64,000 bases of DNA from Alphaproteobacteria bacterium (GCA_035509415.1 DATJLQ010000096.1:24919-88918); one strand, 5' to 3'; positions 47,528-57,714 are shown, counted from the stretch's first letter. The notes: generated by a model from the letters alone, not told the origin. Numbers and translations: made by a program.

Positions 47528-48073
47528 GTGACGACCATCGAGACCGAGCCCGGCGCCGAGTTCGACATCGCCTGCATGGTCAACGGTCGCGCGGTCCGGG
47601 CGCGCGTGGCGGTGCGCCAGCATCTCGTCGACTTTCTGCGCGAGCGGCTCGGCCTCGCGGGTTCGCGGCTCGGCTGCGAGCACGGGAGCTGCGGCGCCTG
47701 CACGGTGCGGGTCGATGGAGTGCCGGTGCGGGGCTGCCTGATGCTCGCGATCCAGGCCGATGGGGCGGCGATCGAGACCGTCGAGGGCCTGACCGAAAGC
47801 GGCGAGATCGCCGATCTCCAGGCCGCGTTCGTCGCGCGCAACGCGCTCCAATGCGGCTTCTGCACCGCGGGTGTCCTGGTAACCGCGAGCGAACTCCTGC
47901 GCGGGGAGATCCCTTCGACCGACGTCGCGCGCGCCGCGGTGCGCGATTTCCTCTCGGGCAATTTCTGTCGCTGCACCGGCTATCACGCGATCGTCGATGC
48001 CGTATGCATGACCCTCGAGGGACGCCGCGCCGGCGCGCGTCCCGCCGAGGGAACGGGGCTGTGTCATGCTTGA
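47528..48073 (+). CDS. molybdenum hydroxylase [2Fe-2S] small subunit (CoxS-like)
   Basis: CEHGSCGACTV and CGFCTAG...CRCTGY iron-sulfur motifs. GTG start at 47528 is inferred from alignment to CoxS N-termini. Rejected alternative: the first in-frame ATG (MVNG) would remove conserved residues. Confidence 0.8.
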   Translation: MTTIETEPGAEFDIACMVNGRAVRARVAVRQHLVDFLRERLGLAGSRLGCEHGSCGACTVRVDGVPVRGCLMLAIQADGAAIETVEGLTESGEIADLQAAFVARNALQCGFCTAGVLVTASELLRGEIPSTDVARAAVRDFLSGNFCRCTGYHAIVDAVCMTLEGRRAGARPAEGTGLCHA

Positions 48074-50465
48074 CCCGGCATCCTCCGCCATTCAGTCGAA
48101 GGCGCCTTTCGGCCAAAGCGTGCCGCGCGCGAACGCGGCGCGTCTCGTCGCCGGACGCGGCCGCTTCACGGACGACGTGCTCGCGCCGCGCATGGTGCAC
48201 CTCGCCTTCCTGCGCAGCCCGATCGCCCACGGACGCCTCCGCGCCCTCGATGCGGGCCGGGCCGCCGCCATGCCCGGCGTGGTGCGCGTCGTGACCGGCG
48301 CCGATCTCGCCGGGAAATTCCATCCCTTCAAGACCGTGCTCGCCCATCTGCCGCACCATCTTTCGCCGGTCCAGCCGCTCCTGGCTGCGGACGAGGTCAC
48401 CTGGCAGGGCGAGCCGATTGCCGCCGTTGCCGCCGAAAGCCGCGCCCTTGCGGAGGACGCCGTCGAGGCGATCGAAATCGAGTGGGAGGCGCTGCCCGCC
48501 GTCGGCAACCCCGAGGCGGCGCTCGCGCGCGGCGCCCCCGCGGCCCATTCGACGCTCGCGAGCAATCTCGTCTTCGCGGCGCGCTTCGGCTCGGGCGACG
48601 TCGATGCGGCGAGCGCCGGCGCCGCCCACATCGTCGAGCAGCGTTTCGATTTCAGCCGCCTTGCGGGCGTGCCGCTCGAGCCGCGCTCGATTCTCGCCGA
48701 TTACGATCCCGCGGCCGGCACGCTCACGGTTCATCAGTCGCACCAGTCTCCCCATCTGATGCAACTCCTGTTCGCGCGCCATCTCGGCCTTCCGGCCCAC
48801 AAGGTGCGGGTGATCGCGCCGGACGTGGGCGGCGCCTTCGGCATCAAGCTTCATGCCTATGGCGACGAAATGGCGGCCGCCGCGATCTCGGTCCTGCTCG
48901 GCCGGCCGGTCAAGTACGTGGCCGACCGGCTCGAGGCGTTCCAGTCGGACTGCCACGCGCGCGAATGCATCGTCGAAGGCCGCCTCGCGGTCGACCGCGA
49001 CGGGCGCTTGCTGGCGCTCTCGGCCGACGTGCTTCTCGGCATCGGTCCCTATTCGATCTACCCGCGCTCGAGCCTGGGCGACGGGCTCCACGCGGCGACG
49101 CTCCCGGGGGCTGCCTACGATCTTGCGGCCTTCCGCGGCGATCTCAGGGTCGCGGCGCAGAACAAGGTGCCGACCGGCGCTTTCCGCGGCATCGGCCAGC
49201 CACTCGCCTGCGTGGTTGCGGAGCTGCTGCTCGATCGCGCGGCGGCCGCCCTCGCGATCGATCCCGCCGAGATGCGCCGGCACAATTACCTCAAGCCCGG
49301 ACAGTTCCCGGCCGTCTCGAAGGGCGGGCTCAAGATGAATTCGCTTTCCCTCGAGCCGTGCCTCGACAAGCTGCTCGCGCTCATGGATTACGAGCGCCTC
49401 CGGCACGAGCAGACCGAGCTCCGGGTGCGCGGCGTCCATCGCGGCATCGGGCTTGCGACCTTCGTCGAGCAGACCGCGCCGGGTGCCGGCCTCTATGGCC
49501 CGGGGGCGATCCCGGTCACGAGTCAGGATTGCTGCATCCTGCGCGTCGAGCCCTCGGGCGCCGTGCGCTGCGAGGTCGGCTGCACCGACCAGGGGCAAGG
49601 AACTGCGACCGGCATTGCGCAGATTGTCGCGGCCACGCTCGGCATTCCCCTCGAGGACGTGGCGGTCGCGACCGGCGACAGCGCGGGTGCGATCGGCGGC
49701 GGCGCCTGGGCGTCGCGCGGCCTTTCGATCGCCGGCGAAGCGGCCTATCGCGCCGCGACGGCGTTGCGCGCGAACCTTCTCGACCTCGCGGCGGCGCTGC
49801 TCCAGTGCCGCGCGGCCGAGCTCGATATCAGCGGCGGCGCCGTCGTCTCGGCGCCGGGCGGCGAGGCGCGCATGAGCCTCGCCGAGCTCTGCGCCACCGC
49901 CCATTTCCGTCAGGATCTGTTGCCGCCGGGGATCGAGCCGGTCCTCGTGGCGAGCGCCCATTTCACGCCGCGCCGCGATCCCTACTTCGTCGCCAACGGC
50001 ATCCAAGCAAGCCATCTCGAGATCGACATCGAGACCGGCTGGATCAAGCTCCTCGGCCATTGGGTGGTCGAGGATTGCGGGCACGCGGTCAATCCCATGC
50101 TGGTCGACGAGCAGATCCGCGGCGGGGTCGTGCAGGGCCTGGGCGCCGCCCTCTTCGAGCGCTGCCTCTACGATCGCGAAGGCCAGCTTCTCACAAGCAA
50201 TCTCGCCGATTATCTCGTGCCCATGGCGGCCGAGATGCCCGACATCGTCGTCGCGCACGTGACGACGCCGCAGCCCGGCACGGCGCTCGGCGTCAAGGGC
50301 GTGGGCGAGGCGGGTACCATCGGCGCCTCGGCCGCCGTCTGGTGCGCGGTGCATGACGCGCTCAGGCCCTTCGGCGCGCGCCCCGAGCGACAGCCCTTTA
50401 CCCCCGACGTCATCCTCGCGGCGTTGGGTCGCGTTCCGAGCGAGGACAAATCCATCGTGACTTGA
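48066..50465 (+). CDS. molybdenum hydroxylase large (molybdopterin-binding) subunit, XDH/aldehyde-oxidase family
   Basis: 799 aa. The active-site loop GAFRGIGQP is not the CODH loop VAYRCSFR, so this is not a CO dehydrogenase. 8-nt overlap with the small subunit. Confidence 0.88.
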   Translation: MLDPASSAIQSKAPFGQSVPRANAARLVAGRGRFTDDVLAPRMVHLAFLRSPIAHGRLRALDAGRAAAMPGVVRVVTGADLAGKFHPFKTVLAHLPHHLSPVQPLLAADEVTWQGEPIAAVAAESRALAEDAVEAIEIEWEALPAVGNPEAALARGAPAAHSTLASNLVFAARFGSGDVDAASAGAAHIVEQRFDFSRLAGVPLEPRSILADYDPAAGTLTVHQSHQSPHLMQLLFARHLGLPAHKVRVIAPDVGGAFGIKLHAYGDEMAAAAISVLLGRPVKYVADRLEAFQSDCHARECIVEGRLAVDRDGRLLALSADVLLGIGPYSIYPRSSLGDGLHAATLPGAAYDLAAFRGDLRVAAQNKVPTGAFRGIGQPLACVVAELLLDRAAAALAIDPAEMRRHNYLKPGQFPAVSKGGLKMNSLSLEPCLDKLLALMDYERLRHEQTELRVRGVHRGIGLATFVEQTAPGAGLYGPGAIPVTSQDCCILRVEPSGAVRCEVGCTDQGQGTATGIAQIVAATLGIPLEDVAVATGDSAGAIGGGAWASRGLSIAGEAAYRAATALRANLLDLAAALLQCRAAELDISGGAVVSAPGGEARMSLAELCATAHFRQDLLPPGIEPVLVASAHFTPRRDPYFVANGIQASHLEIDIETGWIKLLGHWVVEDCGHAVNPMLVDEQIRGGVVQGLGAALFERCLYDREGQLLTSNLADYLVPMAAEMPDIVVAHVTTPQPGTALGVKGVGEAGTIGASAAVWCAVHDALRPFGARPERQPFTPDVILAALGRVPSEDKSIVT

Positions 50466-50486
50466 GGCTTTGCAAGGAATGGGAGA

Positions 50487-51674
50487 ATGCACATGAAACG
50501 TTGGCTAATGACGATCGCGGCGCTCGGCGTCGGCCTGATGGCGATGTCGGCGGCGCAAGCGGCCGAACCGGTCAAGATCGGCTTCTCGATCTCCAAGACC
50601 GGCCTGTTCGCGGCCGGCACGGGTTCGCAGATGGACACCTACGAGCTTTGGAAGGACGAGGTCAACGCGGCCGGCGGGCTCGACGTGAAAGGCGTCAAGC
50701 GCCCGATCGTGTTCGACTACTACGACGACCAGTCGGACCCGAGCAAGGCGGTGCAGATCTACGAGAAGCTGATCACCCAGGACAAGGTCGACCTCCTGCT
50801 CGCACCCTGGGGCACCCCCATGCACATCGCGGTCGCGGGCATCGCCGAGCGCTACAAGTTCCCGATCGTGGGCAATTCGGCCGCCTCGGTTAAGCTGCGC
50901 GAAATCAAGTCGAACTACATGTGGTTCACGACCGCCGAGATGCCCGACCGCTTCGCGCACGCGCTCACGGCGCTCCTGAAGTCGGTCCATAAGACCAAGG
51001 TCGCGCTGATCGCGAACCAGCTGCCCTTCGCCCTCGAGGTGCGCAGCTACCTCGTGCCCGACCTCGAGAAGGCGGGCTTCAAAATCGCGGTCAACGAGGC
51101 CTATCCGCCGGGAATCAAGGACATGACCTCGCTCTTGACCGAGGTGAAGGCGGCCAAGCCCGACGCCGTGCTGGCGTTGACCTACCCCGCGGACACCAGC
51201 CTCTACATGAAGCAGGCGCGCGAGCTCGGCATCGATGCGCCGTTCCAGATGGTGTTGATCGGCGCCACCGAGTCCTGGTTTCCGAAGGAGTTCGGCGCCG
51301 CCGCCAACGGCATCGTGACCATGGCCCACTGGGCGCCGCGCAAGGAATGGCCCAAGGCCCAGGCGTTCTTCGACGCCTATGAGAAGAAGTTCCACGAGGC
51401 TCCCGATTATCTCGACTCCGCCCTCGCCTACATGTCGTGCGAGATCCTGCAGCAGGCGGTGGCGAAGGTCGGGCTCGACCGCGTGGCGATTCGGAACATG
51501 ATCGCGACCCACACCTTCGAGACCATCAACGGTCCGGTCAAGTTCAAGGGCCCGGAGAACATCACCACGCCTGCCGGGATCGTGCAGATCCAGGGCAAGA
51601 ACATGGAGCTGATCTGGCCGCCGAGCATCGAGACGGCGAAGTTCATGCCCAAGCCCGCCTGGCCGGCTCACTGA
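50487..51674 (+). CDS. ABC transporter substrate-binding protein, LivK/branched-chain-amino-acid (type I PBP) family, signal peptide
   Basis: MHMKRWLMTIAALGVGLMAMSAAQA signal plus Leu/Ile/Val-binding-protein fold. Confidence 0.85.
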   Translation: MHMKRWLMTIAALGVGLMAMSAAQAAEPVKIGFSISKTGLFAAGTGSQMDTYELWKDEVNAAGGLDVKGVKRPIVFDYYDDQSDPSKAVQIYEKLITQDKVDLLLAPWGTPMHIAVAGIAERYKFPIVGNSAASVKLREIKSNYMWFTTAEMPDRFAHALTALLKSVHKTKVALIANQLPFALEVRSYLVPDLEKAGFKIAVNEAYPPGIKDMTSLLTEVKAAKPDAVLALTYPADTSLYMKQARELGIDAPFQMVLIGATESWFPKEFGAAANGIVTMAHWAPRKEWPKAQAFFDAYEKKFHEAPDYLDSALAYMSCEILQQAVAKVGLDRVAIRNMIATHTFETINGPVKFKGPENITTPAGIVQIQGKNMELIWPPSIETAKFMPKPAWPAH

Positions 51675-51786
51675 CGCGTGACGCCGGCGCCGGAATCGTG
51701 CTCTCATCCGCGGTGCGGACGGGAGCCGGTCCCGGCGCCGGGTCGCTCGGCGGGCCGCGCTCGAAAATCGGGCGTCGGGGTTTTTC

Positions 51787-52677
51787 GTGCAGATCATCTT
51801 CTCCACGCAATTGCTGTTCGCGGCCCTCGTGATCGGTTCGATCTACGTGCTGGTCGCGGTCGGGCTCAACATGGTGTACGGCACCATGCGCCTCCTCAAC
51901 ATCGCCCATGGCGAGATGGTGATGGCGGGGGCATATACGAGCTACTGGCTGTTCACGCTCGCCGGCGTTTCGCCGCTGCTCTCCATGCTCGTCGCGGCCG
52001 TGCTTTGCGCGGGATTCGGGGCGCTGCTCTATCGCGGCCTATTTCGGCGTCTCCTCAACGACTCCAAGTTCCTCGCCCGGCTCGAGGGCAATTCGCTTTT
52101 GCTGTTCTTCGGCATTTCGATCGTGCTGCAGAATGTGGCGGCACTCCTGTTCCAGCCGACTCCGCGCGGCTATCAGTATCTTGACGGCGTGATCCAGGTC
52201 GCCGACGCATCGATCACCGAGAACAATCTTCTGGCGCTCGTCGTCGCCCTGGTGCTGTGCGGCGCCATCGTGCTGTTCCTCCGCTTCCACATCTACGGGC
52301 TCGCGATCAAGGCGTTGATTCAGCACCGCCAGGGCGCCATGGTGGTCGGCATCGACGTCGAGCGCATTCAGCTGCTGAGCTTCTGCATCGGCTTCGGCAC
52401 CGCCGGCCTCGCCGGCTCGCTGCTCAGCATGATGCAGCAGATCACGCCCTTCATGGGCTTTCCCTTCACGATCGCCTCCTTCGTCGTCGTGATCCTGGGG
52501 GGACTCGGCAATCTCCTGGGCGGCATGGCGGCGGGCGTGCTGCTCGGGGTTCTCGAGACCTACGGCGTCGCCCTCACCTCGCCGAGCCTGCGCTCGGTCC
52601 TGATCTACGGCGTGTTCATTCTCGTGCTGCTGGTGCGGCCCCAGGGCCTCTTGGGCGGGCGGAGGCTCGCGCGATGA
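51787..52677 (+). CDS. ABC transporter permease (LivH-type)
   Basis: 296-aa polytopic BPD_transp_2 protein. Confidence 0.85.
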   Translation: MQIIFSTQLLFAALVIGSIYVLVAVGLNMVYGTMRLLNIAHGEMVMAGAYTSYWLFTLAGVSPLLSMLVAAVLCAGFGALLYRGLFRRLLNDSKFLARLEGNSLLLFFGISIVLQNVAALLFQPTPRGYQYLDGVIQVADASITENNLLALVVALVLCGAIVLFLRFHIYGLAIKALIQHRQGAMVVGIDVERIQLLSFCIGFGTAGLAGSLLSMMQQITPFMGFPFTIASFVVVILGGLGNLLGGMAAGVLLGVLETYGVALTSPSLRSVLIYGVFILVLLVRPQGLLGGRRLAR

Positions 52678-53585
52678 AGCTCCTGCCTGCCGGACTCGGT
52701 CTTGCGTTCCTGCTCGCCGCCATGGCGGCGGTGCCCCAGTTCGCCGACGAGTACATCGTCGGCGTCGCCCTCTCGCTCGCCATGTGGATCGCGCTCACCG
52801 AGAGCTGGGTGCTGCTGTCGGGTCTCACGGGTTACGTCTCGCTCGGCCACGTGGTGTTCTACGGCATCGGCTCCTACGTCGGCGTGCTCGTTTGGCAGCA
52901 GGTGCCGATGTGGCAGATGATCGCGCTCGCCGGTCTCTCGAGCGGGCTGTTCGCGCTCGTGGTGGGGTATCCGGTGCTGCGCGTGCGCGGGCCCTATTTC
53001 GTCATGCTCACCTTCGGCATCGCCGAGCTCGTCAAATTCGTCGTCATCGACATCGAGGCGCAGCTCGGCGAATTCAGCCGGCTCGTCCTCGGCGGTCCGT
53101 CGGTTACCGACCTCTACTACGTCATGCTCGGCATGGCGGCGGCCGCGGTCGTCCTGACCTACGCCGTCGGACGCTCGCGCGCCGGCTACGCGCTGCGCGC
53201 GATCCGCGAGAACGAGGAGGCGGCCGAAACGGTCGGCGTGCCGGTCGCGCGCTACAAGCTCGCGGTGTTCGCGCTCTCGGCCGTGATTCCGGGCATGGTG
53301 GGGGCGGTGATGGCGGTGCGCTCGTCCTATTTCGAGCCGAGCCAGGCGTTCGATCCGGTGATTTCGTTCACCATCGTGACCATGGCGATCATCGGCGGCA
53401 GCGACAACGCGCGTGGCCCGCTCGTGGGCTCGGCGTTCCTCGTCATTCTCTCCGAGCTTCTGTGGGACCGCGCCCCCCAGATGTACATGATCCTGCTCGG
53501 CCTGCTCCTGATCGCGTTCGTGCTGTTCGCGCCGGGCGGCGTGACGGCCTGGCGGCTGCCGCGCTTCGGCGGAGCGCGCCGATGA
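52674..53585 (+). CDS. ABC transporter permease (LivM-type)
   Basis: 303 aa; ATGA overlap with the upstream permease. The track ORF's upstream extension is noise. Confidence 0.85.
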   Translation: MKLLPAGLGLAFLLAAMAAVPQFADEYIVGVALSLAMWIALTESWVLLSGLTGYVSLGHVVFYGIGSYVGVLVWQQVPMWQMIALAGLSSGLFALVVGYPVLRVRGPYFVMLTFGIAELVKFVVIDIEAQLGEFSRLVLGGPSVTDLYYVMLGMAAAAVVLTYAVGRSRAGYALRAIRENEEAAETVGVPVARYKLAVFALSAVIPGMVGAVMAVRSSYFEPSQAFDPVISFTIVTMAIIGGSDNARGPLVGSAFLVILSELLWDRAPQMYMILLGLLLIAFVLFAPGGVTAWRLPRFGGARR

Positions 53586-54310
53586 ACATTCTCGAAGTCG
53601 AAGACCTCTCGATGTCGTTCGGCGGCTTGCAGGCGCTGCGCGACATCAATTTTGCGGTCCCCGCGGGCGAAATTCTGGGCATCATGGGCGCCAATGGCGC
53701 GGGAAAGACCACGCTGTTCGGCCTGATCGCGGGTCACGCCAGGCCGACCGGTGGCGCCATCCGCTTCGAGGGAGTCCGCATCGACGGGCTCAGGCCCGAC
53801 AAGCTGAGCCGCGCCGGAATCGCACGCACCTTCCAGATCGTGAAGCCGTTCGCCGCCATGTCGGTGCTCGACAACGTCGTGGTCGCGGCCCTGTTCGGCG
53901 CACGCCGCGAGCGGCGCCACGCGGCAGCGGAGGCGCGCGCGCGCGAGATCCTCGCCGAGGTCGGGCTCGAGGCGCGCGCGGGCGACCTCGCCGCGTCGCT
54001 CACGCTCTCGGGCCAGAAGCGGCTCGAGATCGCGCGCGCGCTCGCGACCGAGCCGAAGCTCATCATGCTCGACGAGGTGATGGCGGGCCTCACCGCGACC
54101 GAGGTCAACGAGATGTTGGACGCGATCCGCGCGATCAAGGCGCGACGCACGCTCACGATCCTCATTGTCGAGCATGTGATGCGCGCGCTCATGCGCCTTT
54201 CGGACCGCATCCTCGTGCTGCACCATGGCGAGATGATTGCGGAGGGGCCGCCCGCCACGATCGCCGGGGACGCGCGCGTGATCGAAGCCTATCTCGGGCA
54301 GGAGGAATGA
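53582..54310 (+). CDS. ABC transporter ATP-binding protein (LivG-type)
   Basis: GANGAGKTT, LSGQKRLEIARALA. ATGA overlap. Confidence 0.9.
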   Translation: MNILEVEDLSMSFGGLQALRDINFAVPAGEILGIMGANGAGKTTLFGLIAGHARPTGGAIRFEGVRIDGLRPDKLSRAGIARTFQIVKPFAAMSVLDNVVVAALFGARRERRHAAAEARAREILAEVGLEARAGDLAASLTLSGQKRLEIARALATEPKLIMLDEVMAGLTATEVNEMLDAIRAIKARRTLTILIVEHVMRALMRLSDRILVLHHGEMIAEGPPATIAGDARVIEAYLGQEE

Positions 54311-55023
54311 TGGCGCCGCTGCTCTCCCTCGCCGACATCGTCTCGGGTTACGGCGACGTGCTGGTGCTGCACGGCGTCTCCCTCGACGTCGCGCCCGGCT
54401 CGATTACCGCGCTCCTGGGGAGCAACGGCGCGGGCAAGACGACGTTGCTCAAGACGATCGCGGGCCTGATCGTTGCGCGCGCGGGCGTCATGCGCTTCGA
54501 GGGCGCCGAGATCGGCGCGTTGCGCAGCAGCCAGCGCGTCGAGCACGGCATCGTGCTGGTGCCGGAGGGGCGCATGATCTTTCCCGACATGAGCGTCGAG
54601 GAGAATTTGCGCGTGGGCGCCTTCGCGCCCAAGGCGCGCGTCGGCACGGCACGCGGACTCGAGCGCGTCTATGCGAAGTTCCCGCGCCTCAAGGAACGGC
54701 GCAACCAGGCGGGCGGCACGCTGTCGGGCGGCGAGCAGCAGATGCTTGCGCTCGGCCGTGGCCTCATGGCCGAGCCGCGCCTCCTGCTCCTCGACGAGCC
54801 GACGCTCGGTCTAGCGCCGATCGTGACGCGCGCCATCTTCGATACCATCCAGGAGCTGCGCGGCGAGGGTTTGACCATCTTCCTGGCCGAGCAGGATGCG
54901 CGCCGCACGCTCGCGATCGCGGACCGCGCCTACGTGCTCGAGAACGGCCGCGGCGTCATGGCGGGAACCGGGGCCGAGCTCCTCGCCGACCCGCAGATCA
55001 ACGCGGCTTATCTGGGCATATGA
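54307..55023 (+). CDS. ABC transporter ATP-binding protein (LivF-type)
   Basis: GSNGAGKTT, LSGGEQQMLALGRGL. ATGA overlap. Confidence 0.9.
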   Translation: MMAPLLSLADIVSGYGDVLVLHGVSLDVAPGSITALLGSNGAGKTTLLKTIAGLIVARAGVMRFEGAEIGALRSSQRVEHGIVLVPEGRMIFPDMSVEENLRVGAFAPKARVGTARGLERVYAKFPRLKERRNQAGGTLSGGEQQMLALGRGLMAEPRLLLLDEPTLGLAPIVTRAIFDTIQELRGEGLTIFLAEQDARRTLAIADRAYVLENGRGVMAGTGAELLADPQINAAYLGI

Positions 55024-55946
55024 TCCTTATCTTCCGCGCTGCGCGCCGGAGACGGGATGGACACATGGCGGGACCGAAGATATTTCTCGATTACGACCAG
55101 GCGGCGCTCGATGCGGCCTACGATCAGCTCGCCTACGCGCCGAACCGCGACCAGGTGCTGGCGCGCTATGCGGCGGCGAGCGAGGCGATGCGGGCGCGAC
55201 TGGGCGAGCCCCAGCGTCTTGCCTATGGACCGAGCGAGGTCGAGCGCCTCGACTTCTATTCGGCGCGAACCGCGCGCGCGCCGATCGAGATTTTCCTCCA
55301 CGGCGGCGCCTGGCGCCGCGGCCGCGCGCGCGATTACGGCTTCCCCGCCGAGATGTTCAATGCCCACGGCTTGCATTACGCCGCACTCGATTTCGTCGCC
55401 GTCGAGGCCGCGCCCGACGGTCTGCGCACCATGGCGGACCAGGTGCGGCGCGCGATCGCCTGGCTCCACGCCCACGCGGCCGAGTTCGGCGGGGATCCGG
55501 ATCGGCTCTATCTCACGGGTCATTCCTCGGGCGCGCACCTCGCGGCCGTCCTGCTCACGACCGATTGGACGACGCAACACGGGTTGCCGCGCGATCTCGT
55601 CAAGGGCGGCCTGTGCGTGAGCGGCATGTACGACCTTCTGCCGGTGAGCCTCTCCGCGCGCAGCCGCTACGTGCCGTTCGACGACCGGGTGATCGAGAGC
55701 CTGAGCCCCCGGCGCCATGTAAGCCGTCTCGCGGCCGCCCTCGTGGTCGCGCACGGTTCCCTCGAGACGCCCGAGTTCCAGCGCCAGGCGCAGGATTTCG
55801 CGGCTGCGGTCGCGGGCGCGGGGAAGCCGGTCGAAAGCCTGCGTCTCGAGGGCTACAATCATTTCGAGATGCTCGAGACCTACGGCAGTCCCGATGGCGT
55901 CCTGGGCCGCGCGGCACTCGCGCGCGCGCACGCGCAAGCACCTTAA
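55020..55946 (+). CDS. alpha/beta-hydrolase (esterase/formamidase-like; NicD / N-formylmaleamate-deformylase-like or arylformamidase-like)
   Basis: HGGAW oxyanion motif and nucleophile elbow GHSSG. ATGA overlap with the LivF-type ATPase stop. Alternative start MAGPKIF at 55065. Confidence 0.75.
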   Translation: MILIFRAARRRRDGHMAGPKIFLDYDQAALDAAYDQLAYAPNRDQVLARYAAASEAMRARLGEPQRLAYGPSEVERLDFYSARTARAPIEIFLHGGAWRRGRARDYGFPAEMFNAHGLHYAALDFVAVEAAPDGLRTMADQVRRAIAWLHAHAAEFGGDPDRLYLTGHSSGAHLAAVLLTTDWTTQHGLPRDLVKGGLCVSGMYDLLPVSLSARSRYVPFDDRVIESLSPRRHVSRLAAALVVAHGSLETPEFQRQAQDFAAAVAGAGKPVESLRLEGYNHFEMLETYGSPDGVLGRAALARAHAQAP

Positions 55947-55964
55947 CGCGAGTATTGCTCGTTA

Positions 55965-55992
55965 TTGACCGCGGCGGCGCGCGTGCTAGAAT
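55965..55992 (+). promoter_or_regulatory. sigma70-like promoter: -35 TTGACC, 16-nt spacer, -10 TAGAAT
   Basis: Read from the sequence, about 70 nt upstream of the ATG at 56065. It is the only near-consensus -35/-10 pair found in the long plus-strand array. Confidence 0.35.
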
Positions 55993-56064
55993 GGCGCCGT
56001 CGGTCGGCGCGGCGGGACGCGACCCGCGCCGCCGTCCGGATCACCAGCGACGGGGGAGGACGAG

Positions 56065-57144
56065 ATGCACCAGGCCGGCCTGCGCGCGCAGGAGCTCAAC
56101 CCGGGCAAGCTCACGGGCTTGTTCGTGCGCCAGTTCAAGCTCTGCAACGTCAAGAAGGGCGAGACGGTCGCTTGCGTGACCGATCTTGCGACCCGGCGCG
56201 AATTCGTCGAGGCGGCCTTCGCCGCGAGCGAGGAGCTCGGCGCCGACGTCTACGAAATGTGCGTCAACCTGGTTCCCGGCTGGACCAAGGTGGGCGTGCC
56301 CACGATCGGGCGCTGCAAAGGCACGCTCGAGGCGCTCGCCAAGGCGGACATCATCGTCATCTTCCACGTGCCGCTGTTCTCGAGCTGGCTCAAGGACGTG
56401 CGCAAAGCGGGCGTGCGCGTGCTCATGATCATCGACGCGCCGGACGATCTCGAGGAGCTCATGTCGCCGCCCGGCCTCAAGGAGGCGGTACAGCACGGCC
56501 ACGAGCTGTATGCGCGCACCAAGACCGCGCGCGTCACCTCGGACGCCGGCACCGATCTCCACTGGACCTGCGGCGACTTCCCGGTGATGAGCCAATACGG
56601 CTATGCCGACCTTCCGGGCCGCTTCGACCACTGGGGCGCCGGACACGTGCACACGTTCCCGAACGAGGGCACCGCCAACGGCACGGTCGTGATGCAGCCG
56701 GGCGACATCGTGATCCTGCCCTATTGCCGCTACGTCCAGGACCCGGTGCAGCTTACGATCCGCGACGGCTTCATCGTCAAGGTCGAAGGCGGGCTCGATG
56801 CGAAGCTCATGACCTCCTGGCTCGACGACAACAAGCTCGCGTCCGACGATCGCGATCCCTACGCGGTATCCCATCTCGGCTGGGGCCTCAATCCGCAAGC
56901 GCCCTGGTACTGGATGGGGCTCCAGGGCGACGTGCCCGAGCGCGCGCGCGCGGCGGCGCGCGTCTTCGCCGGAAATTTCCTGTTCTCGACCGGCCCCAAC
57001 AGCGAGGGCGGCGGCAATCGACGCACGCGCGGTCATTACGACGTGCCGATGCGCGACTGCTCCTTCTTCCTCGACGGAACGATGATCATCGACAAGGGCC
57101 GCGTCGTCGATCCCAAGATGATCGTCGAGCGCGTTCGGCACTGA
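56065..57144 (+). CDS. hypothetical protein, tentatively NicX-like (2,5-dihydroxypyridine 5,6-dioxygenase / aminopeptidase-T-fold family)
   Basis: 359-aa ORF with good coding statistics and its own promoter. The family assignment rests on size, the His/Asp-rich C-terminal half (HWGAGHVHTFPNEG...HLGWG) and the gene context (formamidase-like hydrolase plus Mo-hydroxylases). It is not verified. Confidence 0.5.
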   Translation: MHQAGLRAQELNPGKLTGLFVRQFKLCNVKKGETVACVTDLATRREFVEAAFAASEELGADVYEMCVNLVPGWTKVGVPTIGRCKGTLEALAKADIIVIFHVPLFSSWLKDVRKAGVRVLMIIDAPDDLEELMSPPGLKEAVQHGHELYARTKTARVTSDAGTDLHWTCGDFPVMSQYGYADLPGRFDHWGAGHVHTFPNEGTANGTVVMQPGDIVILPYCRYVQDPVQLTIRDGFIVKVEGGLDAKLMTSWLDDNKLASDDRDPYAVSHLGWGLNPQAPWYWMGLQGDVPERARAAARVFAGNFLFSTGPNSEGGGNRRTRGHYDVPMRDCSFFLDGTMIIDKGRVVDPKMIVERVRH

Positions 57145-57213
57145 AATGGGCGCCGGCGCCCCGGCCCCGCGCGCGGCGCTCGTCCGACGGGGATTGCCGA
57201 TGAGGACCGCCCG

Positions 57214-57714
57214 ATGAGGATCGAAGGCGCCTTCCGGATCGCCGCCCCGCGCGCCGAGGTGTGGAAGCGCATCACCGACCCCGCGCTCATGGCCTCCTGC
57301 GTCCCCGGCTGCGAGGCGATCGAGCGGCAGTCGCCGACGCGCTACGGCGCGCGCGTCAAGCTCGCGGTCGGGCCGATCAAGGCGAGTTTCAACCTTGTCG
57401 TCGAGGTCGTGCGCGAGGAACCGCCCGAGCGCGTGCGGTCGACGACGCGCGGCGAGGAGGGAAGCCGCGCCAGCATCGTCTCGGCCGAGAACGTGGTGGC
57501 GCTCGTCGAAATCGACCCGGTGACGACCGAGGTGAGTTACAGCTCGGACGTCTCCGTGACGGGCCGGCTTGGAAAGTTCGGCCTCGGCGTCATGAGGAAA
57601 AAGGCGGAATCCATGGGGGCCGACTTCGTCGCGGCCTTTCGCGCGCGCGTCGAAGACGCCGGGGCGGCCGCCGGCGCCGCGCCGGCGGGCGCCGTCGCCG
57701 AAGGTGGCCGATGA
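57214..57714 (+). CDS. SRPBCC-family CoxG-like protein (carbon-monoxide-dehydrogenase subunit G family)
   Basis: MRIEGAFRIAAPRAEVWKRITDPALMASCVPGCEAIE is the CoxG signature N-terminus. Confidence 0.75.
   Translation: MRIEGAFRIAAPRAEVWKRITDPALMASCVPGCEAIERQSPTRYGARVKLAVGPIKASFNLVVEVVREEPPERVRSTTRGEEGSRASIVSAENVVALVEIDPVTTEVSYSSDVSVTGRLGKFGLGVMRKKAESMGADFVAAFRARVEDAGAAAGAAPAGAVAEGGR

Noticed and set aside
48066-50465. Possibility that the XDH-family clusters are aerobic CO dehydrogenases (coxMSL order, CoxG present)
   Set aside because: Neither large subunit contains the form-I (VAYRCSFR) or form-II (AYRGAGR) CODH active-site loop. They carry GAFRGIGQP and GAFRGFGQPQ instead, consistent with organic-substrate hydroxylases.
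57148-57161. GC-only palindrome GGGCGCCGGCGCCC after the NicX-like gene as an intrinsic terminator
   Set aside because: No downstream T-rich tract. The next gene (CoxG-like) starts 53 nt later on the same strand with no obvious promoter. Treated as a possible attenuator or processing structure only.
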